Below, piece after piece: positions 9,342 through 18,229 of a stretch of 64,000 nt of DNA (positions are counted from its first letter, which is position 1; each line of letters begins with the position of its first letter). The notes under the pieces are model-generated. The model was given only the letters and a program-made list of their open reading frames with translations, made no database searches and was not told the DNA's origin. This stretch comes from a virus (lineage: Duplodnaviria > Caudoviricetes): the IMG/VR virus record IMGVR_UViG_3300019371_000265, positions 62,320 through 126,319 of that record. One strand, written 5' to 3'. The position numbers and the translations under genes were made by a program.

Positions 9342-9518
9342 CTGAAATCAATTTCTAAAACAGACGTAGAAAAACTTATTAAAAATGGTTATTTGAGAAA
9401 CACATGTAATGGCTATATGAATCGTAAAGGTGAGCCGGTAGGTGTTTATCGTACTAAATCAAGTGCAAAGCGTAGATATATTGAGGATTGGTATGCTGAT
9501 AAGGCAAAGACCTTGTAA
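9342..9518 (+). CDS. 58-aa basic hypothetical protein with probable CTG start
   Basis: In-frame TGA at 9333; SD-like AAAGCGAGTGA; CTG AAA TCA ATT TCT ... ACC TTG TAA. Confidence 0.6.
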   Translation: MKSISKTDVEKLIKNGYLRNTCNGYMNRKGEPVGVYRTKSSAKRRYIEDWYADKAKTL

Positions 9519-9548
9519 TACTATATTTCAGGAAAGGTGGTTTTGACC

Positions 9549-10979
9549 ATCGCAAAGAAAAAAGACAAAATTACGGTATCATTTGTTGATGAACCTGCCA
9601 GTGAAGACGTAACGGGTAGCTGTGTTTATGTTGAAACTCCAAATCATAAGTTATTGTTGGATTTTGGTTTACATCAGTCAAATTGTAAATATGATGATTT
9701 CTTAGTAAACAATAGAAAACCTGCGAAATTCAAAGCAAAAGATATTGATTTGGTGTTTATATCACATTTGCACGGCGATCACTGTCTCGCGGTTCCAAAG
9801 TTATACAGAGATGGATTTAGAGGAGCTACGGTGCTTCCCATGAACTCTAAAAGCGTATTTAAGACTATGGAAAGTGATTCGGCATATATTGCAGAACGGG
9901 ATATAGTCGTTATAAACACTCAAAATAATAAAAATTATAGTCCACTTTATGATATATCAGACGTAAATACAATGCTTGAATACACGATTGAACGACCAAT
10001 TAATAAGAAAATCATGATAGATGACGAATTATCATTCATGTTTGTTCCAAGCGGTCATTTGCTTAATAGCTGCCAGATTGTTTTATATATTACGGTTGAT
10101 GGATTAACCAAAACAATCGTATATACGGGTGATATCGGAAATAAAAACATAGATAATTATTTTGTTGGAAAGTTTGAATCAGTGCCATCATGCGATTTAC
10201 TAATTGGTGAATCTACATACGGCGATAGACCTGACTTAAAAACTGGCAAAAAAGAACGTGAAAATGATTTAAATAAGTTGAAGTCAATCATTGATACTCA
10301 GATTAAAGAAATGAACGGGCGTGTACTCATTCCTTCATTTGCTCAATCTAGGATTCAACAGTTAGCATTAATGGTATATGAACTTTACAAAGATGAGCCA
10401 TGGCAGCCAAAGGTATACATTGATTCTCCTCTTGCAATTTCAATATTTAAAGATTATGCGGAAATATTGGAAGGTGAGGACAAGAAGAAATTCGATGAAA
10501 TGCTTAAATGGGATAATTTAGTGTTCGTAAAAGAACCAGAATCCAGTAAAGCACTGGTATCTTCCCCTGAACCTTGCTGCATCATGAGCACAGCGGGAAT
10601 GTGCCAGGTTGGAAGGGTACGTCATCATTTAAAGGCTTTAGTTGGAAATCCTAACGCTACTATCCTGTTCGTTGGATTTAGTACTGAAGGTAGTCTTGCG
10701 AGCATGTTAAAGGATAATAAGAGAAAAACAATCACCATCGACACGAAAGAATATAATTGTAGATGCAGTTCTTATAGTTTAAAAAGCATGTCTGGTCATG
10801 CTCCATTTGACCAATTAGTGAATATTTATTCATCTGTGAATTGTAATAAGATTGTGCTGCATCATGGAAGTAAACAAGCAAAAGAGACGTTGGCTACTGC
10901 ATTGAAAAAAGAATTAGAAAATAAATGCAAATCTACAAGAGTAGTCGTTGCTAATTCAAGTTTGAAATTCTCATTATAA
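9549..10979 (+). CDS. Metallo-beta-lactamase beta-CASP ribonuclease (YSH1/CPSF73-like)
   Basis: HLHGDH, SGH, TGD, ESTYG, SGHA, LHHG motifs intact, with His in motif C (RNA-type); SD GAAAGGTGG places the start at ATC 9549 (track uses GTG 9537 inside the SD). Confidence 0.9.
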   Translation: MAKKKDKITVSFVDEPASEDVTGSCVYVETPNHKLLLDFGLHQSNCKYDDFLVNNRKPAKFKAKDIDLVFISHLHGDHCLAVPKLYRDGFRGATVLPMNSKSVFKTMESDSAYIAERDIVVINTQNNKNYSPLYDISDVNTMLEYTIERPINKKIMIDDELSFMFVPSGHLLNSCQIVLYITVDGLTKTIVYTGDIGNKNIDNYFVGKFESVPSCDLLIGESTYGDRPDLKTGKKERENDLNKLKSIIDTQIKEMNGRVLIPSFAQSRIQQLALMVYELYKDEPWQPKVYIDSPLAISIFKDYAEILEGEDKKKFDEMLKWDNLVFVKEPESSKALVSSPEPCCIMSTAGMCQVGRVRHHLKALVGNPNATILFVGFSTEGSLASMLKDNKRKTITIDTKEYNCRCSSYSLKSMSGHAPFDQLVNIYSSVNCNKIVLHHGSKQAKETLATALKKELENKCKSTRVVVANSSLKFSL

Positions 10980-11006
10980 AATAAACTACAGGAAGAAGGT
11001 TTTATT

Positions 11007-11621
11007 ATAGACGAATTATTATTAACACTCCCAGCAAACTTAGAAAACATGCAGTTACCATCTCCAGAAATGGTGAATTATTGGAGATTAGCTGAAAATC
11101 GCACATTTTATATTGATTACGAGATTGATGAAGGTGTATTAGAAGTTCAGAGATCTATTATAAATATCAATCGTGAAGATAAAGGTAAACCAATTGAAGA
11201 AAGAATTCCGATTAAAATTTTTATTCAGTCTCCTGGCGGTTGTTTATATAGCACATATAGCTTAGCTGATACAATGCTTGCGTCCACTACTCCAATTGTT
11301 ACCGTAAATATGGGGATTGCGCTTTCCGGTGGATTTCTGTTATTTCTTGCGGGTACTCACAGATATTGCCTCTCTCGTTCTCAGGCTATGTTACATACCG
11401 GGTCTACTGGTGTTCAGGGAACGTTTGAGCAGGTAGAGGAATCACAGAAGACATACCGCAAACAAATTCAACAGATGTGTGACTATGTATTATCACGTAC
11501 AAAAATTGATCAGAAAACTTTCAACAAGAATAAGAGTAAAGATTGGTACTTTGATGCAGATGAGCAGGTTGAATATGGAATTGCTCATAGTATTCTCAAA
11601 AGTATTGATGAAATCATTTAA
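11007..11621 (+). CDS. ClpP-family serine protease
   Basis: IQSPGG, ALSGG (Ser), MLH (His), KDWYF (Asp); SD GGAAGAAGGT precedes in-frame ATA 11007, while ATG 11049 has no SD. Confidence 0.88.
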   Translation: MDELLLTLPANLENMQLPSPEMVNYWRLAENRTFYIDYEIDEGVLEVQRSIININREDKGKPIEERIPIKIFIQSPGGCLYSTYSLADTMLASTTPIVTVNMGIALSGGFLLFLAGTHRYCLSRSQAMLHTGSTGVQGTFEQVEESQKTYRKQIQQMCDYVLSRTKIDQKTFNKNKSKDWYFDADEQVEYGIAHSILKSIDEII

Positions 11622-11738
11622 TTTTTTATACCGATTTTTTCGCCTATTCTCACATATATAACACTAACATACATTTTGTAAATAGTATATGGTAATGTTT
11701 CACAAAAAATACAATGAACAATTGGAGGATTTATATAA

Positions 11739-11900
11739 ATGATTGAGAACCACATTTGTAAAAACTGTAATCATCACTCTGTCTGTAAGAATAATACGGT
11801 ACTCGTAAACTTTGATTCAGATTCAAAGAAATTTATCGGAGTAGATATTACTATTAAAAATTGCGATGCCTACTCTCCTATTGAAGAAAATGAAGAATAA
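11739..11900 (+). CDS. 53-aa Cys-rich protein (CKNCNHHSVC)
   Basis: SD GGAGG, manual translation. Confidence 0.7.
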   Translation: MIENHICKNCNHHSVCKNNTVLVNFDSDSKKFIGVDITIKNCDAYSPIEENEE

Positions 11901-11913
11901 GGTGGTGTGAACG

Positions 11914-12888
11914 ATAGAGACTATTAGATTAAATAATGAAACAGATTTTGAATATAAGTTGCGATTATGCAAGATGAAATTAAATAGAGAGATTGATTTG
12001 GATTGGCAGGAAATTGTTGATGTTCTGAATTTAGGCGTATCGGCAGATCACCTCAGAAAAACCGCTTATGGACTACTGGAATACGATGAATATATTCATG
12101 GATTTGAAGGGGTGGCTACTACCATTCTATCAATTTCTGATTTACATGTCCCGTTCCAATTACCAATAACTACATTTTCTGATTATGCAGGTAAAGTGGA
12201 TATATTGCAGATAAACGGAGACGTGGTGGATTGCCAAGCTCTTTCGAAGTTCCCAAAGCAGTATCGTATTTCGCCAAAAGAAGAAATAATTACGGCAAGA
12301 CAATATTTAATTGATCTTTTTGAGTATATAAATCCTAAAAAGGTTGTTATAAATTGGGGAAATCATGACAAGAGATTTGCAAATTATCTTGCCAAGAATT
12401 TAGATACAGATATGTTGGAACTTTTACCAGATACATCACTTGATCTCATTATTGATGATGGAATTAGACATTATAATAAGGTTTCAAAATCAAAAGTTTT
12501 TTATGAGCCATTGAAAAATGTATTCAAGGACACTATTGATATTGAATTCGTAGATGATTGGAAGTCTAAAATCGGAAAGACGTGGTTTGTGCATCCTCTT
12601 GCATATAAGAGTGGAACACTCGCTACAGCTGAACAGGCTAAGAATTATCTACAGGATACATATAAAGAATCTTTCGATACGGTAGTTATGGCTCATACAC
12701 ACGCAATAGGAGACACGAAGAAAGGCTTTATTAGATTGTTTGAACAAGGTGCATGTTGCGATGTGACAAAACTTAATTACATGGACGGACGGCTCTCGAA
12801 GCCACAAAAAGAAGGATTCTGTATTATCTGCCAGGATAATGATGGAAATTTAATTGAAGGCAAATCAAAAGTTGTAACGCTAAATTAA
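11914..12888 (+). CDS. Calcineurin-like metallophosphoesterase
   Basis: SDLH, NGDVVD, GNHD, AHTH motifs; SD AAGGTGGTG precedes in-frame ATA 11914 (in-frame TGA at 11908). Confidence 0.88.
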   Translation: METIRLNNETDFEYKLRLCKMKLNREIDLDWQEIVDVLNLGVSADHLRKTAYGLLEYDEYIHGFEGVATTILSISDLHVPFQLPITTFSDYAGKVDILQINGDVVDCQALSKFPKQYRISPKEEIITARQYLIDLFEYINPKKVVINWGNHDKRFANYLAKNLDTDMLELLPDTSLDLIIDDGIRHYNKVSKSKVFYEPLKNVFKDTIDIEFVDDWKSKIGKTWFVHPLAYKSGTLATAEQAKNYLQDTYKESFDTVVMAHTHAIGDTKKGFIRLFEQGACCDVTKLNYMDGRLSKPQKEGFCIICQDNDGNLIEGKSKVVTLN

Positions 12889-12911
12889 TCACACCAAAGG
12901 AGGTATTAAGT

Positions 12912-13136
12912 ATGTACAGGATTTTAGACTTAGCCGACAAACGTGATAACTACGCTAGTCTCTACAAATATATGATAAAGACCAATGAAGCGAATCAGGT
13001 TTTACCTGTTGAGTTTGCAACCGATACAGAACTTGATACTTTCGTTGATGACTTGTTAAATAATAAGGGTTACGCAAAATCAGATTTCATGATTATCACA
13101 ATCAAAGATTACGGAGTGAGTGCTGATATCGTCTAG
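12912..13136 (+). CDS. Hypothetical protein
   Basis: ORF track; SD AAGGAGG. Confidence 0.75.
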   Translation: MYRILDLADKRDNYASLYKYMIKTNEANQVLPVEFATDTELDTFVDDLLNNKGYAKSDFMIITIKDYGVSADIV

Positions 13137-13199
13137 TATATATCTGACTACTACTCTTCTATTAAAAAAAATAAAAGGATAAAAGGAGATTTACATAAT

Positions 13200-13481
13200 A
13201 TGAACAAACCACAGGTTTTAGAAGAAATTGTATTAAAAACAGGCGAGAGTAAGAAAGCTTCAGATGCAGTTATTTCTGCGCTTTTCGAAGTAATTTCAGA
13301 AACACTCGCAAAAGGTGAAGATGTACAGTTTGTTGGATTTGGCACATTTAAGGCATCAGAAGTGGGCGAAAAGGTTGGAACTATTCAGTTTGGCCAAAAA
13401 GCCGGACAGTCTTATACTACTCCTGCACATAAAAAAGTTTCATTTAAAGTGGGCAGCAAGTTAAAAGAGGCGGTGAAGTAG
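13200..13481 (+). CDS. hup: HU-family DNA-binding protein (SPbeta YonN-like)
   Basis: MNKPQVLEEI, VQFVGFGTF, SFKVGSKLKEAV. Confidence 0.92.
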   Translation: MNKPQVLEEIVLKTGESKKASDAVISALFEVISETLAKGEDVQFVGFGTFKASEVGEKVGTIQFGQKAGQSYTTPAHKKVSFKVGSKLKEAVK

Positions 13482-13482
13482 C

Positions 13483-13626
13483 GTGTATGATGAAATTATA
13501 AAGTCGGTTGATTTGTCGTCCGATGAGATTGAGTTATTAATTACTCTGCTCGAACCGGAGATTGATAATTGTATTTCGGTTGGCGCGGAATTAACAGTTA
13601 GAGGATTATTAGATAAGTTGATTTAA
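13483..13626 (+). CDS. 47-aa acidic hypothetical protein
   Basis: GTG start after SD GAGGCGGTGA; manual translation. Confidence 0.5.
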   Translation: MYDEIIKSVDLSSDEIELLITLLEPEIDNCISVGAELTVRGLLDKLI

Positions 13627-13742
13627 TTTAGAGGAGCAGATGTCACAGTCTGCTCTTTTATTATGCCATTTTGGCGACAGAGAAAACTGGTAGATGGATG
13701 AGAAGATTCTGCTATTGCAATGAACGAAAGGAAGTGATTTAT

Positions 13743-14786
13743 ATGGCTGCAAGAGAAACATATTTTAAGAAAATTACAAGTCCAGAATTAATAGAAAAAA
13801 TCAATCCAGTAAACAAGAAGTTTGTTGATAAATATTTACGCAACTTTGCAACTAAGCGTTCTCCTAGAAGCGTAAAGGCATATAAATCAAACTTCAATAT
13901 ATTCTTCTGCTGGAATATTCTTTATAACGATAACGCTGATTTTACTGATGTGAGAAAAATGGAAATGCAGGATTTCTTTGATTTTGGACTAACTGAGTTA
14001 AAATGGAGTCCAAATAGATATGCACAAGTACATAGTAGTTTGTCTGAGCTTTCGAAATTTATTGAGAAATTCTACGATGAACAGTATCCGACATATAGGA
14101 ACTTGATGATTTATATTGAGAAATTACCAAAGAAGGCTGTACGTAAAAAGTCAGTGTTTAAGAAAGAAGAACTGGATCATTTGATGGAATGTTTAGAAGG
14201 AAGACCTAACGAACAGTGTCTTTTGGCTTTAATTATGAGTTCTGGAACAAGAATTAGTGAACTTGTACGATTTACTACAGACTTAATTGACTATGACAAT
14301 ATTGCTTTTGACGGATTGTTCTTGGAAACTACAGAAGAAATCCAAGTTAAAGGTCATGGAGTTGATGGAAATCATATAAAGAGATATTTGATAAAAGACT
14401 TATTTGTTCCGTGGTATGAGCAATATTTGCCAGTTAGAAAAGAAATTATGGATAAAAATGGGGAAGAGCATAACTATATTTTCGTAAAAAGAGATGGAAA
14501 GCCCGCTACGGTTCATACAATAAGCGCATGGATGGAAAAATGGGACAATTATTTATCTCAGCATTGGTATGCTCATGCAGGAAGACATTTCTGGTGCAGT
14601 TACCTTATTGGTATTGGCTTAGAAAAACAGTTGGTGCAAGAACTTCAGTCATGGTCTAGCGATTCTCTCGTAGATCTATACAATGACAACACCGCCAAAG
14701 ATGTAAAATGGAAAGGTCTTGAAAAATTAAAAGTACAATTGGAAAAAGAAAAACAATCTCTGATTGAAGAAACTGACTCCGATTAA
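13743..14786 (+). CDS. Tyrosine recombinase (Xer/integrase family)
   Basis: SGTRISEL (R), VKG (K), HAGRH, W, LY catalytic set; SD GAAAGGAAGTGA supports ATG 13743. Confidence 0.9.
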   Translation: MAARETYFKKITSPELIEKINPVNKKFVDKYLRNFATKRSPRSVKAYKSNFNIFFCWNILYNDNADFTDVRKMEMQDFFDFGLTELKWSPNRYAQVHSSLSELSKFIEKFYDEQYPTYRNLMIYIEKLPKKAVRKKSVFKKEELDHLMECLEGRPNEQCLLALIMSSGTRISELVRFTTDLIDYDNIAFDGLFLETTEEIQVKGHGVDGNHIKRYLIKDLFVPWYEQYLPVRKEIMDKNGEEHNYIFVKRDGKPATVHTISAWMEKWDNYLSQHWYAHAGRHFWCSYLIGIGLEKQLVQELQSWSSDSLVDLYNDNTAKDVKWKGLEKLKVQLEKEKQSLIEETDSD

Positions 14787-14852
14787 CAAGAAGATTCCTA
14801 ATCAATCTACTGTTTTACAGACAAAATAAAGAGGAGAATATTTCATCTCCTC

Positions 14853-15275
14853 TTACTCTTCCCACTCTACTTTTACATCGATCTCAATATTACAAAGTTC
14901 TAACATAATAAATATCATTGTTCTAGTAAATAAAACGCTTCCTAAAATAATCCACATTAAATCGCCTGTTAACAGGACAGTATGTTTTGGTTCGCTAAGA
15001 TAAAATCCGAGAAATATAATTCCAATACATATAAGCATCTTGGTAATTCTTGTAGATTGCCTTTTATGATCTTTGGTAAGATCTTTATATTTCCCTGTTT
15101 TTATGTTTTCGAAAACTATGGTGGATATTATAAGCAAAGTAATAACTATGCATATCACACCGTAGGTTAAATTTGTTTGTGCTTTATGGCTTAATAATCC
15201 AATCGCGATAATGCCTACACTTCTCGGTATATTGGTAATTAATTCCTTTTGCACGAGTGTTAGTTTTTTATTCAA
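14853..15275 (-). CDS. Four-TM membrane protein (moron)
   Basis: Hydrophobic segments; SD GGAGG. Confidence 0.7.
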   Translation of the reverse strand: MNKKLTLVQKELITNIPRSVGIIAIGLLSHKAQTNLTYGVICIVITLLIISTIVFENIKTGKYKDLTKDHKRQSTRITKMLICIGIIFLGFYLSEPKHTVLLTGDLMWIILGSVLFTRTMIFIMLELCNIEIDVKVEWEE

Positions 15276-15378
15276 AATACATTAACCTCCAATATAAAGT
15301 ATTCACAATATACAATACAGTATATCCATGTTGTGATCAATATATTCCATAAATTATATGTGGTAATTTAGGATAGCA

Positions 15379-15582
15379 CTACTCATCATATCGGAACAAT
15401 TCTTCCACGGCAACATTAAACACTTTTGCAATATCCATGGCAAGTTTTAATGATGGATTATATTGCCCTTTCTCCAATCTAACAATGGTTTCTCTCCTGA
15501 CATTAACCATATAAGCAAGTTCAGCCTGACTTAAATTTAGCTGTTCTCTCTTGGATTTGATTTGGGTTATTAATTTGGGCAT
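15379..15582 (-). CDS. XRE-family HTH regulator
   Basis: LSQAELAYMVNVRRETIVRLEKGQYNPSL. Confidence 0.92.
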   Translation of the reverse strand: MPKLITQIKSKREQLNLSQAELAYMVNVRRETIVRLEKGQYNPSLKLAMDIAKVFNVAVEELFRYDE

Positions 15583-15585
15583 AAT

Positions 15586-15993
15586 CTATTCCTCCGTCAG
15601 GTTGGAATTTTTGCGCTCAATCCAAACATATGCAAATGTCTGAAACAAACCAATAAAACCAGCAATAATAAGAATGGTGCTCGATGTAATTGTGATTCCG
15701 TTTCTAGTTATACCCAAAATCAAGCCAAGTACCACAATCATAAGATAAATAAGATTCATTGTAATTTTTCTTGCTTCATTATAATACTCTTTGGTCATTT
15801 CGTCCCACGGTTCAGTTTTAACTTTTCTGAATAAAAAACTTATAGCGGTGATCACAAGTATAATCGTTCCAATTATAACTGTCCATAATTGTGGTTCCTT
15901 AACCGTACATAGTATACCCATTAATATCGTCCCACTATATGCAATGCCATCTGTAATTAATGTTTTTTGAACAATACCGTATTTTTTGTCCAT
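15586..15993 (-). CDS. Four-TM membrane protein (moron)
   Basis: Hydrophobic segments with EPWDEM loop; SD GGAGG supports ATG 15993. Confidence 0.7.
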   Translation of the reverse strand: MDKKYGIVQKTLITDGIAYSGTILMGILCTVKEPQLWTVIIGTIILVITAISFLFRKVKTEPWDEMTKEYYNEARKITMNLIYLMIVVLGLILGITRNGITITSSTILIIAGFIGLFQTFAYVWIERKNSNLTEE

Positions 15994-16027
15994 TATACCT
16001 ACCTCCAATGTGATGTATTTGTATCAT

Positions 16028-16062
16028 GTGATAAATATATCACTGTGTTGGTAATGTGTCAA
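16028..16062 (-). promoter_or_regulatory. Moron promoter with palindromic operator
   Basis: TTGACA-17-TATATT; GTGATAAATATATCAC (16028-16043) overlaps the -10. Confidence 0.7.
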
Positions 16063-16271
16063 TAGATAATTTAATAAATTTTCAAGTTGGAATTCGGAGA
16101 CTTTAAACCTATGCCATCGGAACAGAAAATTCTAAATCAGTGTGGTACTACTTAGTGTACGATTCAAAATTTGGTGTTTCGCAGCCATTAAGTGAGAAAC
16201 GTTAAATCTTTAATTAGTGAATGACTGCTGTGCGGTCAAATTAGGGAGAGTTCGATACTCTCCTATTTTAT

Positions 16272-16345
16272 TGGAATGTAGTTCAGTTTGGTGGAGCGCC
16301 TGATTTGGGATCAGGAGGTCGCAGGTTCGAATCCTGTCATTCCAA
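16272..16345 (+). tRNA. tRNA-Pro (TGG), CCA not encoded
   Basis: Cloverleaf: TGGAATG/CATTCCA acceptor, CCTGA-TTTGGGA-TCAGG anticodon arm, GCAGG-TTCGAAT-CCTGT T arm. Confidence 0.92.
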
Positions 16346-16350
16346 TTGTC

Positions 16351-16378
16351 AGACAGTCACTATATGGCTGTCTTTTTT
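16351..16378 (+). terminator. Intrinsic terminator after the tRNA
   Basis: AGACAGTCA-CTATA-TGGCTGTCT followed by T run. Confidence 0.75.
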
Positions 16379-16525
16379 ATTATGCAAATATGAATAGAAT
16401 CTTGGACTTCATTAGTCGGTATTTGCTTCGTGGAAGAACATGTGACTTTGCAAATCATATGGGTATGGAACTCCAACATACTCTTCCCCTATTACTAATT
16501 TGGAGTATTATTTAGGAGGATAATA

Positions 16526-17302
16526 ATGAGGCGAATTGGAAACGCGAAAAAAGATACCGCGGAAGATGTTTTTATGTCAATGATGGATAATATTGATGGA
16601 ATGGTAAAATTTATAATAGAAATCGAAGAATTAGAAAAAAGAGAATTTGAATGTGAAGATGTATATAATTATGTAATGAAAAATGAGAATGGATTAGTCA
16701 AGATTGGTATAAGTAAAGATATAGACACTAGGCAGAATACGTTGGAGCATACTAGCGGATATAAAATTATTGATATATTTTATACTAAGCCAAAGAGAAA
16801 AGCTTTGATTGTAGAGGCGGAATTACATAGATACTTTTCAAATTACAGAAAACTTGGAGAATGGTTTTATTTGGAGTTCGATGACGCAGTTGAAAAGACT
16901 AAAGAATTATCAAGCATAGATTGTGAAATCGAAGATGAGAAAAATAAATCATATGAAGATCATATCTTAGATGTACTGATACTTATCGGCAAATTGGGTA
17001 AAAGTGATGAAGACATATTAGATTATCTTGTTGTATCAAAAACTTTAAAATGTGGAGACATAAATAGAATACAAAAATTAGCAAAACTTTACGCTGAAAA
17101 ATATATAGAAACGGGTGAAGAAGTATTTAACTTGTTTACGTTATATTTATTATTAAAGATTAAAACTGATTATAAAATGGACGTTGTAAAATTTGAAAAT
17201 GGTGACGAATTATTCATTTCAGGATATACCGCTTGTTTCTATGAAAAGAAAACTGATTTTTGTGAATGTTTAGATTTCTATAGCTCAATATATGGAAAAT
17301 AG
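16526..17302 (+). CDS. GIY-YIG (T5orf172-like) nuclease-domain protein
   Basis: YVMKNENGLVKIGIS..R...EAELHRYF..RKLGEWF. Confidence 0.8.
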   Translation: MRRIGNAKKDTAEDVFMSMMDNIDGMVKFIIEIEELEKREFECEDVYNYVMKNENGLVKIGISKDIDTRQNTLEHTSGYKIIDIFYTKPKRKALIVEAELHRYFSNYRKLGEWFYLEFDDAVEKTKELSSIDCEIEDEKNKSYEDHILDVLILIGKLGKSDEDILDYLVVSKTLKCGDINRIQKLAKLYAEKYIETGEEVFNLFTLYLLLKIKTDYKMDVVKFENGDELFISGYTACFYEKKTDFCECLDFYSSIYGK

Positions 17303-17378
17303 CAATGTAAATATTTTATATAAGAAGGTACAGAACGTGGCTTAACCGCCACGTTCTTTTGTTCAGGAAGGAGACTCT

Positions 17379-18158
17379 ATGAGAGATATAACATTGTGTC
17401 ACCCTAGATTGCAGAAATTAGCATCACAATTAACCTCAGAATGTGGTAAGCAAGGATTAAAAATTGCCATAGGTGAAACTTTTCGTACTGTGTCAGAGCA
17501 GGACGCTCTTTACGCGCAAGGCAGAACTGCTCCAGGCAACAAAGTAACCAATGCTCCAGGTAGTACATATAGTTCCTATCATCAATGGGGAACAGCTTTC
17601 GATTTTTACCGGAATGATGGACAGGGTGCTTATAACGAAGCTGGGGACTTCTTCGGGAAAGTTGGCGCAATAGGCGTGAGTATTGGATTGGAATGGGGAG
17701 GAAACTGGAAGTCTCCCGTTGATAAACCGCATTTTCAACTTCCAGACTGGGGAAGTTCAACGAGTGGTATTAAAAAAGTGTACGCAAACCCAGATGAGTT
17801 TAAGAAGACATGGAGTAAAGAAGTCCCAGAGGAAAAGAAATCTGGTTGGATTCAGACTTCAGATGGTTGGTCATATTACAACGGCGACACCGGATTACCT
17901 GTATGTAATGATTGGGTTGAGTATAAAGGTAAATGGTATTGGTTCAACGCCGCAGGAATCATGGTTACAAACGTATGGTATCAGTATAATAACGCATGGT
18001 ATTTCCTCGGAGCAGACGGCGCAATGTGTCAGTCACAGTTAGTTGCTGATTCTGGTAAGATTTATGCCGTAGATGCTGACGGGAAAATGATTACTGGCGA
18101 AGTATTGGTTTCAACGTTAAGTGACGGATCATTACAATATGAAGGATTAGCTAATTAA
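17379..18158 (+). CDS. Endolysin: M15-family L-Ala-D-Glu peptidase plus cell-wall-binding repeats
   Basis: RTVSEQDALYAQGRT, SYHQWGTAFD, WGGNW, DKPHFQ; C-terminal WYWF/WYFL..G.M repeats. Confidence 0.9.
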   Translation: MRDITLCHPRLQKLASQLTSECGKQGLKIAIGETFRTVSEQDALYAQGRTAPGNKVTNAPGSTYSSYHQWGTAFDFYRNDGQGAYNEAGDFFGKVGAIGVSIGLEWGGNWKSPVDKPHFQLPDWGSSTSGIKKVYANPDEFKKTWSKEVPEEKKSGWIQTSDGWSYYNGDTGLPVCNDWVEYKGKWYWFNAAGIMVTNVWYQYNNAWYFLGADGAMCQSQLVADSGKIYAVDADGKMITGEVLVSTLSDGSLQYEGLAN

Positions 18159-18229
18159 ATAATTATACATACAAAGACAGTCGTTAATTCGGCTGTCTTA
18201 TTTTAATGGAATAAAAGGAAGGTGATTTT

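Noticed and set aside
16288-16515. 75-aa ORF in the track
   Set aside because: Overlaps the tRNA and its terminator; no SD
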